A stretch of DNA of 64,000 nucleotides. It comes from an uncultured delta proteobacterium. GTDB taxonomy: Bacteria; Myxococcota_A; UBA9160; UBA4427. Shown here one piece after another: positions 39,350-48,616 of the stretch. The DNA is taken from assembly GCA_963822965.1 (NCBI GenBank), contig CAWGJT010000013.1, positions 64,001 through 128,000 on the forward strand, given 5' to 3'. Within the stretch, counting starts at the first letter, position 1. Each line of letters begins with the position of its first letter. The position numbers and the translations under genes were made by a program. The notes under the pieces were generated by a model, which made no database searches, had not been told where the DNA came from, and saw nothing but the letters and a program-made list of their open reading frames with translations.

Positions 39350-39778
39350 ATGAAGCGAAATCTAATCGTGCTGGGCTGCGCCGGGCTTCTGGCCATCGGA
39401 TTATCGATCAGCGGCGTGGCTGGCGTGGTACCCGACACGGACATGGACGGGGTCCTCGACGATGCAGACAACTGCCTCCTCGTGCCGAATGGCCCTCTCG
39501 CCTCCACGTACTCGTGCACGACGCAGCTCGACGGCAATCTGGACGGCTACGGGAACCCCTGCGACACCGATCTGGACAACGACGGTGGCACCTCCCTTGC
39601 CGACGTGAACCTGGAGTTCGGCGCCGCTCAAGCGATCAGCGGCGACCCGCAGTTCGACATCGACTGCGACGGCGGCGCCTCGCTGGCCGACGTCAACATC
39701 GTGTTCGGGGCCGCGGTCGCCATCCTTCCGCCGGGCCCCTCGGGTCTGGCGTGTGCGGGAACGATCCCCTGCCCGTAG
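39350..39778 (+). CDS. Small secreted protein: TSP3-like Ca loop + dockerin-like domain
   Basis: RBS AAAGGAG; signal peptide; DTDMDGVLDDADNC; duplicated DLDNDGGTSLADVN / DIDCDGGASLADVN; tail PGPSGLACAGTIPCP. Confidence 0.78.
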   Translation: MKRNLIVLGCAGLLAIGLSISGVAGVVPDTDMDGVLDDADNCLLVPNGPLASTYSCTTQLDGNLDGYGNPCDTDLDNDGGTSLADVNLEFGAAQAISGDPQFDIDCDGGASLADVNIVFGAAVAILPPGPSGLACAGTIPCP

Positions 39779-39900
39779 GCGGGAGTCGATTCGATCGATC
39801 GTGATGCAGCGCGCGGGCATCACGGGGTGAGTCAAGCAAGAAACCGAGTGTAACTGTGCTGGTGCACGAACTGGAAAGACCCTTTAAGGAGAACATTGGG

Positions 39901-40593
39901 ATGCGGATTCTGATTACCAACCTGCTTGCGACGGCGGTGCTGCTGTTCGGCGCCACCAGCGCAAGCGCTTTTGCGGTCAACATGGCCCTGCGGCCGGGCG
40001 GCAACGACCCGAACGCCCTCAACCCCGGTGACAGCGTCGTGGTCGACTTCTTCGCCGATTTCGACCAGCCGAACACGCAGCTGTTCGCGTTCTCGGTCTT
40101 CTTCAACGATCCGGGAATCAGCTACGACGATGTCGCCTCGGCGGCGCTGCCGATCATCTACCCGGCTCCGAGCTACGGTGCGAACGTGGCTACGGGTGCG
40201 GGGCCCGGGTACATCCTGTACATGGCCGGCATGCCGCCGGCGGCTCTGTACCCGCTGCAGAACCCCTCGCAGCTCTGGATCGCCCCGCCTCCGGGCCAGG
40301 GCCAGGTGAACGTGAACTACTCGTCGCCGGCCGTCGATTCGATCGGTGTGGATACCGGGAGCAACGTGTGGGTCGCTTCGCTGGTCTTCACGGCCACCGA
40401 GAGCGGCACCCTCACGCTGTCGGTGTCCAACACCACCAGCATCCTCCGCGTGAACAACGTGGTGCTGGATCCGAGCACCGTCTCCGTCAGCGAGCCGATC
40501 GCGCTGACGGTGGTGCCGGAGCCGACGACTGCAGCGCTGATAGGCCTGGGCATCCTGGGCCTCGCGGTGGCGGGTCGCCGCAACCGCAGGTAG
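39901..40593 (+). CDS. PEP-CTERM protein with cohesin-like beta-sandwich (paralog A)
   Basis: RBS AAGGAG; signal ending ASA; VVPEPTTAALIGLGILGLAVAGRRNRR; PGDSVVVD...FSVFFND...VASLVF pattern. Confidence 0.85.
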   Translation: MRILITNLLATAVLLFGATSASAFAVNMALRPGGNDPNALNPGDSVVVDFFADFDQPNTQLFAFSVFFNDPGISYDDVASAALPIIYPAPSYGANVATGAGPGYILYMAGMPPAALYPLQNPSQLWIAPPPGQGQVNVNYSSPAVDSIGVDTGSNVWVASLVFTATESGTLTLSVSNTTSILRVNNVVLDPSTVSVSEPIALTVVPEPTTAALIGLGILGLAVAGRRNRR

Positions 40594-40639
40594 GTGCGAG
40601 CAGCAACCATCCGGATCACCTGGTGATCCGGATCGATCG

Positions 40640-40670
40640 AAACGCCCCGGGCCTCGGCCCGGGGCGTTTT
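40640..40670 (+). terminator. Rho-independent terminator
   Basis: AAACGCCCCGGGC-CTCG-GCCCGGGGCGTTTT. Confidence 0.85.
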
Positions 40671-40963
40671 CGTTTGGCGACCGTGCTTCGTGCACGAACA
40701 CGGGAGATGCTTCGAGGAGAACCCCGCTGGACTTCGAGATCCTGCGCGAGCTCTACCAAACCGCTCGAGGTGCTCCGGTCGCACCCCTCGAGAGCCGCGA
40801 CGCCGAGGCCCGGGAGCGGCTGCGCGCGCTCGACTACGCGCAATGACCGCTCTGCTGGCGACTCCCCGGCCCTCGTTCTACTCTTCTGCCGCTCCCGGAA
40901 ACGCCCACCGATGGACTGGAGCCGACGGCGCCCCGCGCCGACGGCGGCCGAGGATCCCAACCG

Positions 40964-41485
40964 ATGAAGACCGCTACGCGCATCGTCCACCTCCTGCTCG
41001 TCGCGTGTACCACCGGCGCGTTCGCCGTCGCCTGCAGCTGCGGCGAGGAACAGAAGCCGCCGAAGCCGGCCGCCCAGCCGGCCCAACCGGCTCCGCCGGC
41101 CGCCACGCCGGCACCCCCGGTTCGCCCCCCGCCTGGCCCGGCGAAGGTTCCCAGCCTCCGCGAGCAGCTCGAGAAGAAGGTCTCCCTGCCGCCCTTCTAC
41201 CCCAAGGACGCGCCCGCCTACCCCGGCACGACGCCCAGCGAAGCGGGAACCAGGCAGGGACGGATCTACGCGACCTTCAGCACCACGGACGGGATCGACG
41301 AGGTGACCGGCTGGACCCAGGAGTTCCTCGACTCGAACGGCTGGCGGGTGTTGCCCGCCCAGCCGATGGGTGCGGGCTCGGTCCTTCAGGGACAGAAGAG
41401 CGGCCGCGTGATCGCAGTCATGATCTCGACCCTGAAGGTCGACGGCGAGCCCCATACCCTGATGATGGTCTCGGTCACCCCCTGA
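40964..41485 (+). CDS. Putative lipoprotein with Pro/Ala-rich linker
   Basis: MK + hydrophobic stretch + AVAC; Pro-rich spacer; small alpha/beta domain (FYPKDAPAYPG). Confidence 0.7.
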   Translation: MKTATRIVHLLLVACTTGAFAVACSCGEEQKPPKPAAQPAQPAPPAATPAPPVRPPPGPAKVPSLREQLEKKVSLPPFYPKDAPAYPGTTPSEAGTRQGRIYATFSTTDGIDEVTGWTQEFLDSNGWRVLPAQPMGAGSVLQGQKSGRVIAVMISTLKVDGEPHTLMMVSVTP

Positions 41486-41498
41486 CGAGCGACCCGTC

Positions 41499-44400
41499 TT
41501 GAGTCGGGGGCAGGTCGCCGCGTGGCTGGTGTGTCTGGCGATCCTGGGACTCTCCCGGAGCACGTCCGCCTCGCCGCCGGCCAACGCCGAGCCCGCCCGC
41601 TCGCGCCTCATCCTGAAGCTGCGCGCCGAGGGGGCCCACGCGGTCACCGACGGTGCCGAGAAGCTCTTCCGGCAGGGACGCGGTTTCGCGAGCGGCACCG
41701 CCGACGGATCGTCGTCTCTCGACGAGATCGGCGCGCGCATCCACATCCGCGAGATCCGCTCCCTCTTCCGACGCGACGACGGCCGCTCGTTCGCCGAGCA
41801 GCGCCGGCGACTCACCCGCCGCCTGCAGGCCCGCGTGCGCGGGCCGGCGAAGGTGCCTGATCTCTCGCAGGTCTACCGCGTGGAGGTCGGGCCGGGGACC
41901 TCCGTCGAGGGGGCGATCGCCCTGCTCGCGGCCGATCCCCACGTCGAGTGGGTCCAGTCCGACCACCTCCATCGGCTCGACCAGGTGAGCGACCTGCCCG
42001 ACGATCCCTTCCTGCACTCGAGCGGGTCGTGGGGACAGCCATACCCCGACCTCTGGGGCCTGTACCGGATCCGCGCTCCCGAAGCCTGGTCGATCTCCCA
42101 GGGAGAGGGCGTCGTGGTGGCCGTGGTCGACACGGGTCTCGACTACCTGCATCCCGACATCGCCGACAACGTCTGGGTCAACCCGGGCGAGGACCTCGAC
42201 GGGAATGGCCGGGTGGACCCCGCGGACTGGAACGGGGTGGACGACGACGGCAACGGCTTCGTCGACGACCTCCGCGGATTCGACTTCGCGAACAGCGTCG
42301 ACGCGGACGACGACGGCCGCTACGACGGTCCCCTGGACGAGAGCGACCCCGACCCGTTCGACGACGTCGGCCACGGCACCCACGTGGCCGGCACGATCGC
42401 CGCCGTGGCCGACAACGGCATCGGCGTCGCGGGCGTCGCGCCCCGGGCCCGCATCATGGCGCTGAAGGGCTTCCCGGCCGACGGACCCGGCCTGGACTCC
42501 GTGCTGTGGCGCGCCGTCCTCTACGCGGCCGAGAACGGTGCCCGCGTGATCAACACGAGCTGGTCCTGCAGCCCCGAGTGCCCCCACAACCCGCTCGCCG
42601 AGGAGATCGTCCGGCTCGTGCACGCCATGGACGTCGTCCTCGTGACCTCGGCGGGCAACCGCCGGACGGACGTGGTCTTCAACAGCCCGGAGAAGCTGCG
42701 GGAGACGATCACGGTCGCCTCGTCCGGTGAGGACGACCAGCCGTCGGCGTCGTTCACCAACATGGGCTGGCTGGTGGACGTCGCGGCGCCCGGCGGCGGT
42801 CCGTCCGGCGATCCCAACGTCTACATCGCCCGCCGCAACATCCTCTCGCTCCGCTCCTCGGCGGATGCGTCCGCCGCGTATGCGACGGTCGCGGAGGGAT
42901 ACTGGCGTCTCTCCGGAACCTCGATGTCCGCGCCCCACGTATCCGGCGTCGCTGCCCTGCTGCGGAGCGCGTACCCAGCGCTGGACGTCGAGCAGGTGCG
43001 CCGGCTGATCCGGCAGGGTGCCACGGACACGGGCCCGCCCGGCTACGACCGCCGCATGGGCGCGGGACGTCTCGACGCGTTCGCGAGCCTCCAGCTCGTA
43101 CCCCTGCCGGACCTCGACGCCGCCATCACCGGCCCCGAGCAGGGGAGCGTGTTCGATCCCCGGGGCGGCGCGGTCGTAGGGATCCAGGGCACGGCCGCCG
43201 GCGCCGACCTCGCGAGCTACTCGCTCTACTACGGGCTCGGGAACGAGCCCACGGAATGGATTCCCATCGCGACCGACCGCACCGCACCCGTCCGGGACGG
43301 GGTGCTCGCCGAATGGCCCCTCGACGGTCTCTCCGAGGGAACCTACGTGGTGAAGCTCGAGGTGCACGGCCTCGAGGGGCACCTCTACAGCGAGCTGCTG
43401 ATGGCGAGCCTCGAGAACGACCGCCGGCTGCGGGTCGTCTCCGAGCCGGGCCGTCCCGCCGCTGCGCCATCCGTCTCGGGCGACCTCGTCGTCTGGCAGT
43501 CGCGGCGCAGCCCGGAAGATCCCAACGAGGCCACCGAAGACGACAATCTCTTCGCGAGTCGCCTGTCCGACGGCAGCCAGTACGCAATCAGCGGCGCGGC
43601 GGGAGATCAGACGTTTCCCTCCATCTCGGGCGATGTGGTGAGCTGGCTGGACACGCGCGCAGGGCTGGCGGGAGCCCAGGTGTACGGCTGTCGTCTGGAC
43701 CCCCGGAGCGAGCGTTGCCATGCGTCGCCGGTATCCGACGAGCTGGTCCGGATGCCGCCCGCCGCCGCCGCGGGACGCATCTTCTGGCTCGACGACAGCT
43801 CGGGGGAGCAGGACGTGCGCGGTTGTCGTCCCGACCGCCGCGGCACCTCCTGCCGTCCCTTCGAGACCGGACTGCCGCCGGGCCGCCGGGGCTTCCTGGG
43901 CAGCTCCGGCCGAACCCTCGTCTGGACCGAGCCGGGCAGCCGGGTGGGTCTGTGCGACGTCTCCCACAGCGGCCTTTGCCCGGTCCGTGCACCGCTGGAT
44001 CCGATCCCCGTCAACGCGCAACCCGCGGCCTCCGGCGACCTGCTGGCATGGGTCGAGGCGCGCTTCAACGGTCGCGAGCCGCTGCAGATCTGCCAGCTCG
44101 ATCCGACCAGCGGCGACTGTCCGGCGGTCGAGGTCGCCCATCCGGTCGCCGATACCTCTCCCAGCCTGTCCGGAAGCCGGCTGGTCTGGGACGCCCGGAT
44201 CGGGGACGAGGCGAGCGACGTGTTCTTCTGCGAGTTCGACCGGATCCGCCAGCGCTGTCCGGTCCAGCGGCTCACCGCGCAGATGGCCCGCCAGGCGGCC
44301 TCTGCGATCGACGGCCGCCACGTCGTCTGGGAGGACGATCGGGACGGCTCCACGGAGATCGTGGGAGTCACCCTGCCTGCCCTGGCGCCCCTGCACGACC

Positions 44401-44759
44401 GCAGGGCGGTGGTGGGCAGGCTCGTGGTCGTGCCGGTGCGTTCCGCCGACACGGGAGCCGAGCCGCCTGGAAGGAGCCGGCGGGGGGACCCGGCCTCCGA
44501 GGCGCCCCTGCGTCTGGGCGCCGAGCCCGTGGACGCGGACTCCCTGGAGAGCCTGGGAGCTACCTTCTTCGACTCCGGTCGCAACCTGGGGCTCTTCTTC
44601 TGGCGTCCCCGCCCCGACCAGGTGGGGAGCCACGCGTTCACGTTCTCGGGGACCGCGGAGACGGGCCTGGTCACCCGTCAGACCATCCGCATCGAGGTGG
44701 TTCCGGCTCGGGAGCACCGAGCCGGCGGGCGGTCAGTCCCCGGTCGCGCCGGCCGTTAG
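41499..44759 (+). CDS. S8 subtilisin-like serine protease with C-terminal beta-propeller repeats and Ig-like domain
   Basis: VAVVDTG, HGTHVAG, SAGN, GTSMSAPHV; repeats PSVSGDLVVW, PSISGDVVSWLDTR, AIDGRHVVWEDDR. Confidence 0.9.
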   Translation: MSRGQVAAWLVCLAILGLSRSTSASPPANAEPARSRLILKLRAEGAHAVTDGAEKLFRQGRGFASGTADGSSSLDEIGARIHIREIRSLFRRDDGRSFAEQRRRLTRRLQARVRGPAKVPDLSQVYRVEVGPGTSVEGAIALLAADPHVEWVQSDHLHRLDQVSDLPDDPFLHSSGSWGQPYPDLWGLYRIRAPEAWSISQGEGVVVAVVDTGLDYLHPDIADNVWVNPGEDLDGNGRVDPADWNGVDDDGNGFVDDLRGFDFANSVDADDDGRYDGPLDESDPDPFDDVGHGTHVAGTIAAVADNGIGVAGVAPRARIMALKGFPADGPGLDSVLWRAVLYAAENGARVINTSWSCSPECPHNPLAEEIVRLVHAMDVVLVTSAGNRRTDVVFNSPEKLRETITVASSGEDDQPSASFTNMGWLVDVAAPGGGPSGDPNVYIARRNILSLRSSADASAAYATVAEGYWRLSGTSMSAPHVSGVAALLRSAYPALDVEQVRRLIRQGATDTGPPGYDRRMGAGRLDAFASLQLVPLPDLDAAITGPEQGSVFDPRGGAVVGIQGTAAGADLASYSLYYGLGNEPTEWIPIATDRTAPVRDGVLAEWPLDGLSEGTYVVKLEVHGLEGHLYSELLMASLENDRRLRVVSEPGRPAAAPSVSGDLVVWQSRRSPEDPNEATEDDNLFASRLSDGSQYAISGAAGDQTFPSISGDVVSWLDTRAGLAGAQVYGCRLDPRSERCHASPVSDELVRMPPAAAAGRIFWLDDSSGEQDVRGCRPDRRGTSCRPFETGLPPGRRGFLGSSGRTLVWTEPGSRVGLCDVSHSGLCPVRAPLDPIPVNAQPAASGDLLAWVEARFNGREPLQICQLDPTSGDCPAVEVAHPVADTSPSLSGSRLVWDARIGDEASDVFFCEFDRIRQRCPVQRLTAQMARQAASAIDGRHVVWEDDRDGSTEIVGVTLPALAPLHDRRAVVGRLVVVPVRSADTGAEPPGRSRRGDPASEAPLRLGAEPVDADSLESLGATFFDSGRNLGLFFWRPRPDQVGSHAFTFSGTAETGLVTRQTIRIEVVPAREHRAGGRSVPGRAGR

Positions 44760-46940
44760 GGAGTCCCCGGCGGGATCACGGACCGCCCGGCGGGATCGGT
44801 AGGCGGCAAGGTGATCCTCCAGCTGGCTCAGGACGGCCGGGGGAGCCCCCGCGGTCCGGGCCACCTCGAGGGCCCGCGTCCCCGCCCGGGTCGCTCCGTC
44901 GAAGTCGCCCGTCTCGGCGAGCGCGGCGCCGAGCGTGTCCAGGAAGCCGGGAGCTTCCTCGGGAGACCGGGCAATGACTCCGCGGATGACGCGCACCGCC
45001 TCCCCGCCGTCGCGTAGAGGCGCTTCCGGCAGGGTCGCCAGGGCCCAGGCGTAGTTGTTCAGGTTGGACGCCATCTCCGGGCAGCGCTGGGCCCCGTCCG
45101 CCAGCACCCGCACCAGCTCGTCGTAGCGGTGCAGTCGCTGCAGCAGGTCCCGCTGCTCGAGGCGCACCCGCTCGTCGCAGGCGTCGTCCCCGAGCAGGGT
45201 GAGGTACAGCTCGGCCGCCTCGTCCTTTCCGCCGCTCTCCGCCAGGGCGTGGGCCAGCTGGTAGGCGGCCTCGCGGTCCTTCGGGTCCGCCGCCCGAACC
45301 CGCCGCAGCAGCGCGATCGCCTCGGGATAGCGCTGCTTCCCCATGAGGGCCTCGGCGGTGAGGCTCATCGCGTAGAGGCTCGTGGGATTGCGACGCCGGA
45401 GGCCTGCCAGCAGCTCCAGCGCGTCGTCGTACGACTGGCGGCGGATCAGGCCCCCCGCAGTCGCGATCACCTGGACGTCGGCCGCCTTGGAGCTCGGATC
45501 CATGCCCCGCAGCTCGAGGGAGGCGGGATCGTCGTGGATCGCGGTCGTGGGTCCCCGGGCCACGTAGCCCAGGGCCATGAGCTGCTCGGCGGTCCGGGCA
45601 TCGACGGCGGCCGCGGCGTCGTCGCGGGGGGTGGGGGCGTCGGCGAGCAGGGTCTGCAGCTCTCCGCTCATGCTGGCGACCACCTCGGGACGGCTCCTGG
45701 CCAGGTCGTGGAGCTCTCCCGGGTCGGCCACCACGTCGTAGAGCTCCGGGTTCACCTTGTGGATGTACTTCCAGCGCCCCTGCTCCAGGCAGCGCAGGAC
45801 CGGCAGCCCGAAGGTCGACGCGAAGCGGGTCGCCTCCCCGTACGCGGTCAGCTGCAGGTCCTCCACCCTTCCCTCGATCAGGGGGACCAGCGAGGCGCCC
45901 TGCACGTCCTCCAGCGGGGGCAGACCGAGCAGATCGAGCACCGTGGGCGCGATGTCGATGGTGCGGACCAGCGACGGGATGCGCGCACCCCGTGGCAGGG
46001 ACGGCAGGCCCGCCAGCACCAGGGGCACCCGCATGGTCGTGTCGTAGACGAAGAAGCTGTGGCTGGGCTCGCCGTGCTCGTCCAGTCCCTCCCCGTGGTC
46101 GGCCGTCAGGACCACCAGGGTGTTCTCCTCGAGACCGAGCTCGCGGAGCTCGTGGAGCACGAGCCCGATCTGGAAGTCCTCCGTAGCGACCGCCGCGTGG
46201 TAGGAATCTGGCCCGAGCTTGCGAACGAAGCGCGGCAGGGACGAGTAGGGATTGTGGGCGTCGAAGTAGTGGAGCCACAGGAAGAAGGGGCGCCCGTCGT
46301 CCGTTTCGTGCAGGAAGTCGATTCCCCGGGCGGTGATGTCGGCGCCCGTGCGGATCGGCTTCGTCTCCTCGGTCCGCAGCCCCCGACTGTAGTGGACGAC
46401 CTCGAGCTCGACCCCCGGGCTCTCGGCTCCCCGATAGTGCTCGAAGCCCTGGGTGACGCGGGTCTCCGCGCGTAGGACCGGGGCCGCCACCTCGGCACCG
46501 GTGCGATAGCCGTGGGCGGCCAGCACCTCCGCGAGCGTGACGTTGCGATCGGCGAGCAGGTAGCCCGAGTTCGCCCGCACGCCGTGGACGTACGGGTAGG
46601 TTCCCGTGAAGATCGAGGAGTGGGCGGGCAGGGTCTCGGGGTTGGTGGTGGCGACGTGCTCGAAGAGCACGCCGGAGCGCGCCAGGCGATCGATGTTGGG
46701 CGTGGTATCGCGCGACTGTCCGTAGGCGCCGAGGGCGTCCGCGCGCGTCGTGTCCATGGTGACGAGGAGCAGGTTCGGGGGCGAGGCCGCAGCCCGGGGC
46801 GTCGCGGCCGGCGGCTCCGAGCCCGTCCCGGTCTCGCCGGATCCGCACCCGACGAGCAGCCCGGCGGACGACGCGACGGCGAGGCCCAGGAAGAGCTGCA
46901 GGCCCGGGAACGACCGACCCAGGACGAGCCGACGCCTCAC
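44733..46940 (-). CDS. Sulfatase-like hydrolase/transferase lipoprotein with C-terminal TPRs
   Basis: LVGC lipobox, TMDTTRAD, TLPAHSSIFTG, FDAH, ADHGE, ALGY, TPRs (NNYAWALAT...LDTL). Confidence 0.85.
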   Translation of the reverse strand: MRRRLVLGRSFPGLQLFLGLAVASSAGLLVGCGSGETGTGSEPPAATPRAAASPPNLLLVTMDTTRADALGAYGQSRDTTPNIDRLARSGVLFEHVATTNPETLPAHSSIFTGTYPYVHGVRANSGYLLADRNVTLAEVLAAHGYRTGAEVAAPVLRAETRVTQGFEHYRGAESPGVELEVVHYSRGLRTEETKPIRTGADITARGIDFLHETDDGRPFFLWLHYFDAHNPYSSLPRFVRKLGPDSYHAAVATEDFQIGLVLHELRELGLEENTLVVLTADHGEGLDEHGEPSHSFFVYDTTMRVPLVLAGLPSLPRGARIPSLVRTIDIAPTVLDLLGLPPLEDVQGASLVPLIEGRVEDLQLTAYGEATRFASTFGLPVLRCLEQGRWKYIHKVNPELYDVVADPGELHDLARSRPEVVASMSGELQTLLADAPTPRDDAAAAVDARTAEQLMALGYVARGPTTAIHDDPASLELRGMDPSSKAADVQVIATAGGLIRRQSYDDALELLAGLRRRNPTSLYAMSLTAEALMGKQRYPEAIALLRRVRAADPKDREAAYQLAHALAESGGKDEAAELYLTLLGDDACDERVRLEQRDLLQRLHRYDELVRVLADGAQRCPEMASNLNNYAWALATLPEAPLRDGGEAVRVIRGVIARSPEEAPGFLDTLGAALAETGDFDGATRAGTRALEVARTAGAPPAVLSQLEDHLAAYRSRRAVRDPAGDSLTAGATGD

Positions 46941-48496
46941 TGGAGATACCCGAGCGACCGCAGGCGCTCGATCTCCTCGTCGGGAAGCTCGACCGCATTC
47001 GCGGCACCGGCCGCGGACTCCCCGCCGTCGTAGCGACGCTGCATCTCGGCCCGCAGCTTCGCCGCGACCTCGGGCCGCTCCTTCGCGAGGTCGTGCCGTT
47101 CTCCGGGATCCGACGAGAGCTCGTAGAGCGAGTATCGATCCGACTTCGAGTCGTAGATCAACTTGTCGTTCCCATGCCGCACGGAGCGGTAGACGGGGAA
47201 GATGCCGGGCATCATGAGCTGGTAGGTGAGCCCCCCCGAGGCCTCCCCGTAGAGATCGCGATCGGCGAGGGGCTGGCCGTGCAGGAGCGGACGCAGGTCA
47301 ACCCCGTCGAGCGGCGTGTTCGCTTGCACCCCCGCGAAATCCAGCAGGGTGGGGACGATGTCGACGAGGGAGACCGGCGCCTTCACCCGGACGCCTCGCG
47401 GCACCCCGGGCCCGTGCAGGATGAGCGGGACGTGCAGCAGGGCCTGCCAGGTGGGGAGGAAGTGCTCGACGCGCCCGTGCTCCATGAACTCCTCGCCGTG
47501 ATCGGCGGTGACGACGACGAGCGCCTGGTCCAGGAGCCCGCGACCGCGCATCCAGGCGAAGAGGCGGCCCAGCTCCGTGTCCATCTGTCGGATCCCGGCG
47601 TCGTAGAGGTCGATGAGATGACTCACGTCCTTTGCGTCGAAGTGGACCCGGGTCACCGACGCGTCGATCCGGAAGGGCCGGCCCGCGGAGCCGAAGGTGC
47701 ACTTGATCGGGTCGAAGTGCCGGTGACACATGTCGAGGTACTGGTCTTCGAGGTTGGCGCGGGTCAGCTGCCAGCTGCTTCCGTCCGCGGGGCCCTGGTA
47801 GGGCCGCACGAAGAGCTTCTCGTAGCTCGGCTCGGACGCGTAGTCGGCGTGGACGTCGTAGTAGTGGAGGAAGAGCAGCAGGCGACCGTCTCCCAGCGTG
47901 GACATCCACTCGATCGCCTGGTCGGTCACCCAGCGCGTGGGGGCACGCTGCTCGGCGGACTCGGGGACGTACGCGTAGCGCTCGAAGTCGCGGGTGAGCC
48001 CGAAGGTGTCCCGCTCGAGCCACGTGGAGTTCACGACCGCGGCCGTTCGATAGCCCGCGCGGGCGAGCAGCGACGCCAGGGTGGGAACGTCCTTCCCGAG
48101 GCCGAGCCTCATGGTGGTGACGCCGTGCTCGTGCGGGTAGAGACCCGTCAACATCGAGGCGTGGGAGGGAAGGGTCCAGGGAGCGGCGGCGCTCGCGTCC
48201 TCGAAGAGGGCGCCCTCGGCGGCCATCCCGTCGAGAACGGGGGACGTGAAGCGCTCGTACCCGTAGGCGCCGAGGTGATCGGCGCGCAGGGTGTCGATGG
48301 ACACCAGCACGATGAGTCGCGGCGGATCGAGTTGCACGTCCGCTGCCGGCTCGCGAAGCGGCGCTTCCGCGCCGGCGCCGCGGGGCTCCACCGCTTCGCC
48401 CTTCGAGGCGTCGCGGGGCGTGCACGCGGAGACCGTCGCCAGGAGCGCAGCCAGGAGCGCAAGCGCAGCCGCGCTTCGGTTGACCGGCTTCCGCAT
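46937..48496 (-). CDS. Sulfatase-like hydrolase/transferase lipoprotein
   Basis: VSAC lipobox, SIDTLRADH, WTLPSHASMLTG, YDVH, ADHGEEF, RLRSLGY. Confidence 0.88.
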   Translation of the reverse strand: MRKPVNRSAAALALLAALLATVSACTPRDASKGEAVEPRGAGAEAPLREPAADVQLDPPRLIVLVSIDTLRADHLGAYGYERFTSPVLDGMAAEGALFEDASAAAPWTLPSHASMLTGLYPHEHGVTTMRLGLGKDVPTLASLLARAGYRTAAVVNSTWLERDTFGLTRDFERYAYVPESAEQRAPTRWVTDQAIEWMSTLGDGRLLLFLHYYDVHADYASEPSYEKLFVRPYQGPADGSSWQLTRANLEDQYLDMCHRHFDPIKCTFGSAGRPFRIDASVTRVHFDAKDVSHLIDLYDAGIRQMDTELGRLFAWMRGRGLLDQALVVVTADHGEEFMEHGRVEHFLPTWQALLHVPLILHGPGVPRGVRVKAPVSLVDIVPTLLDFAGVQANTPLDGVDLRPLLHGQPLADRDLYGEASGGLTYQLMMPGIFPVYRSVRHGNDKLIYDSKSDRYSLYELSSDPGERHDLAKERPEVAAKLRAEMQRRYDGGESAAGAANAVELPDEEIERLRSLGYLQ

Positions 48497-48616
48497 CTAT
48501 ACGATTCTAGCCGCCGCCCGCGAGCCAGGAACCCTGGCCCGCGCCCGCGCTTCACGGGGACCAGGAGCGGAAGACCGGAGACCGGCGAGATCGGCGAGAT
48601 CGGAGAGCCCCCAGGA

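Noticed and set aside
42185..42370. Dockerin inside the S8 protease (DLDGNG..., DDDGNG..., DADDDG...)
   Set aside because: These are Asp-rich Ca loops inserted in the catalytic domain, common in S8 proteases; no paired loop-helix duplication
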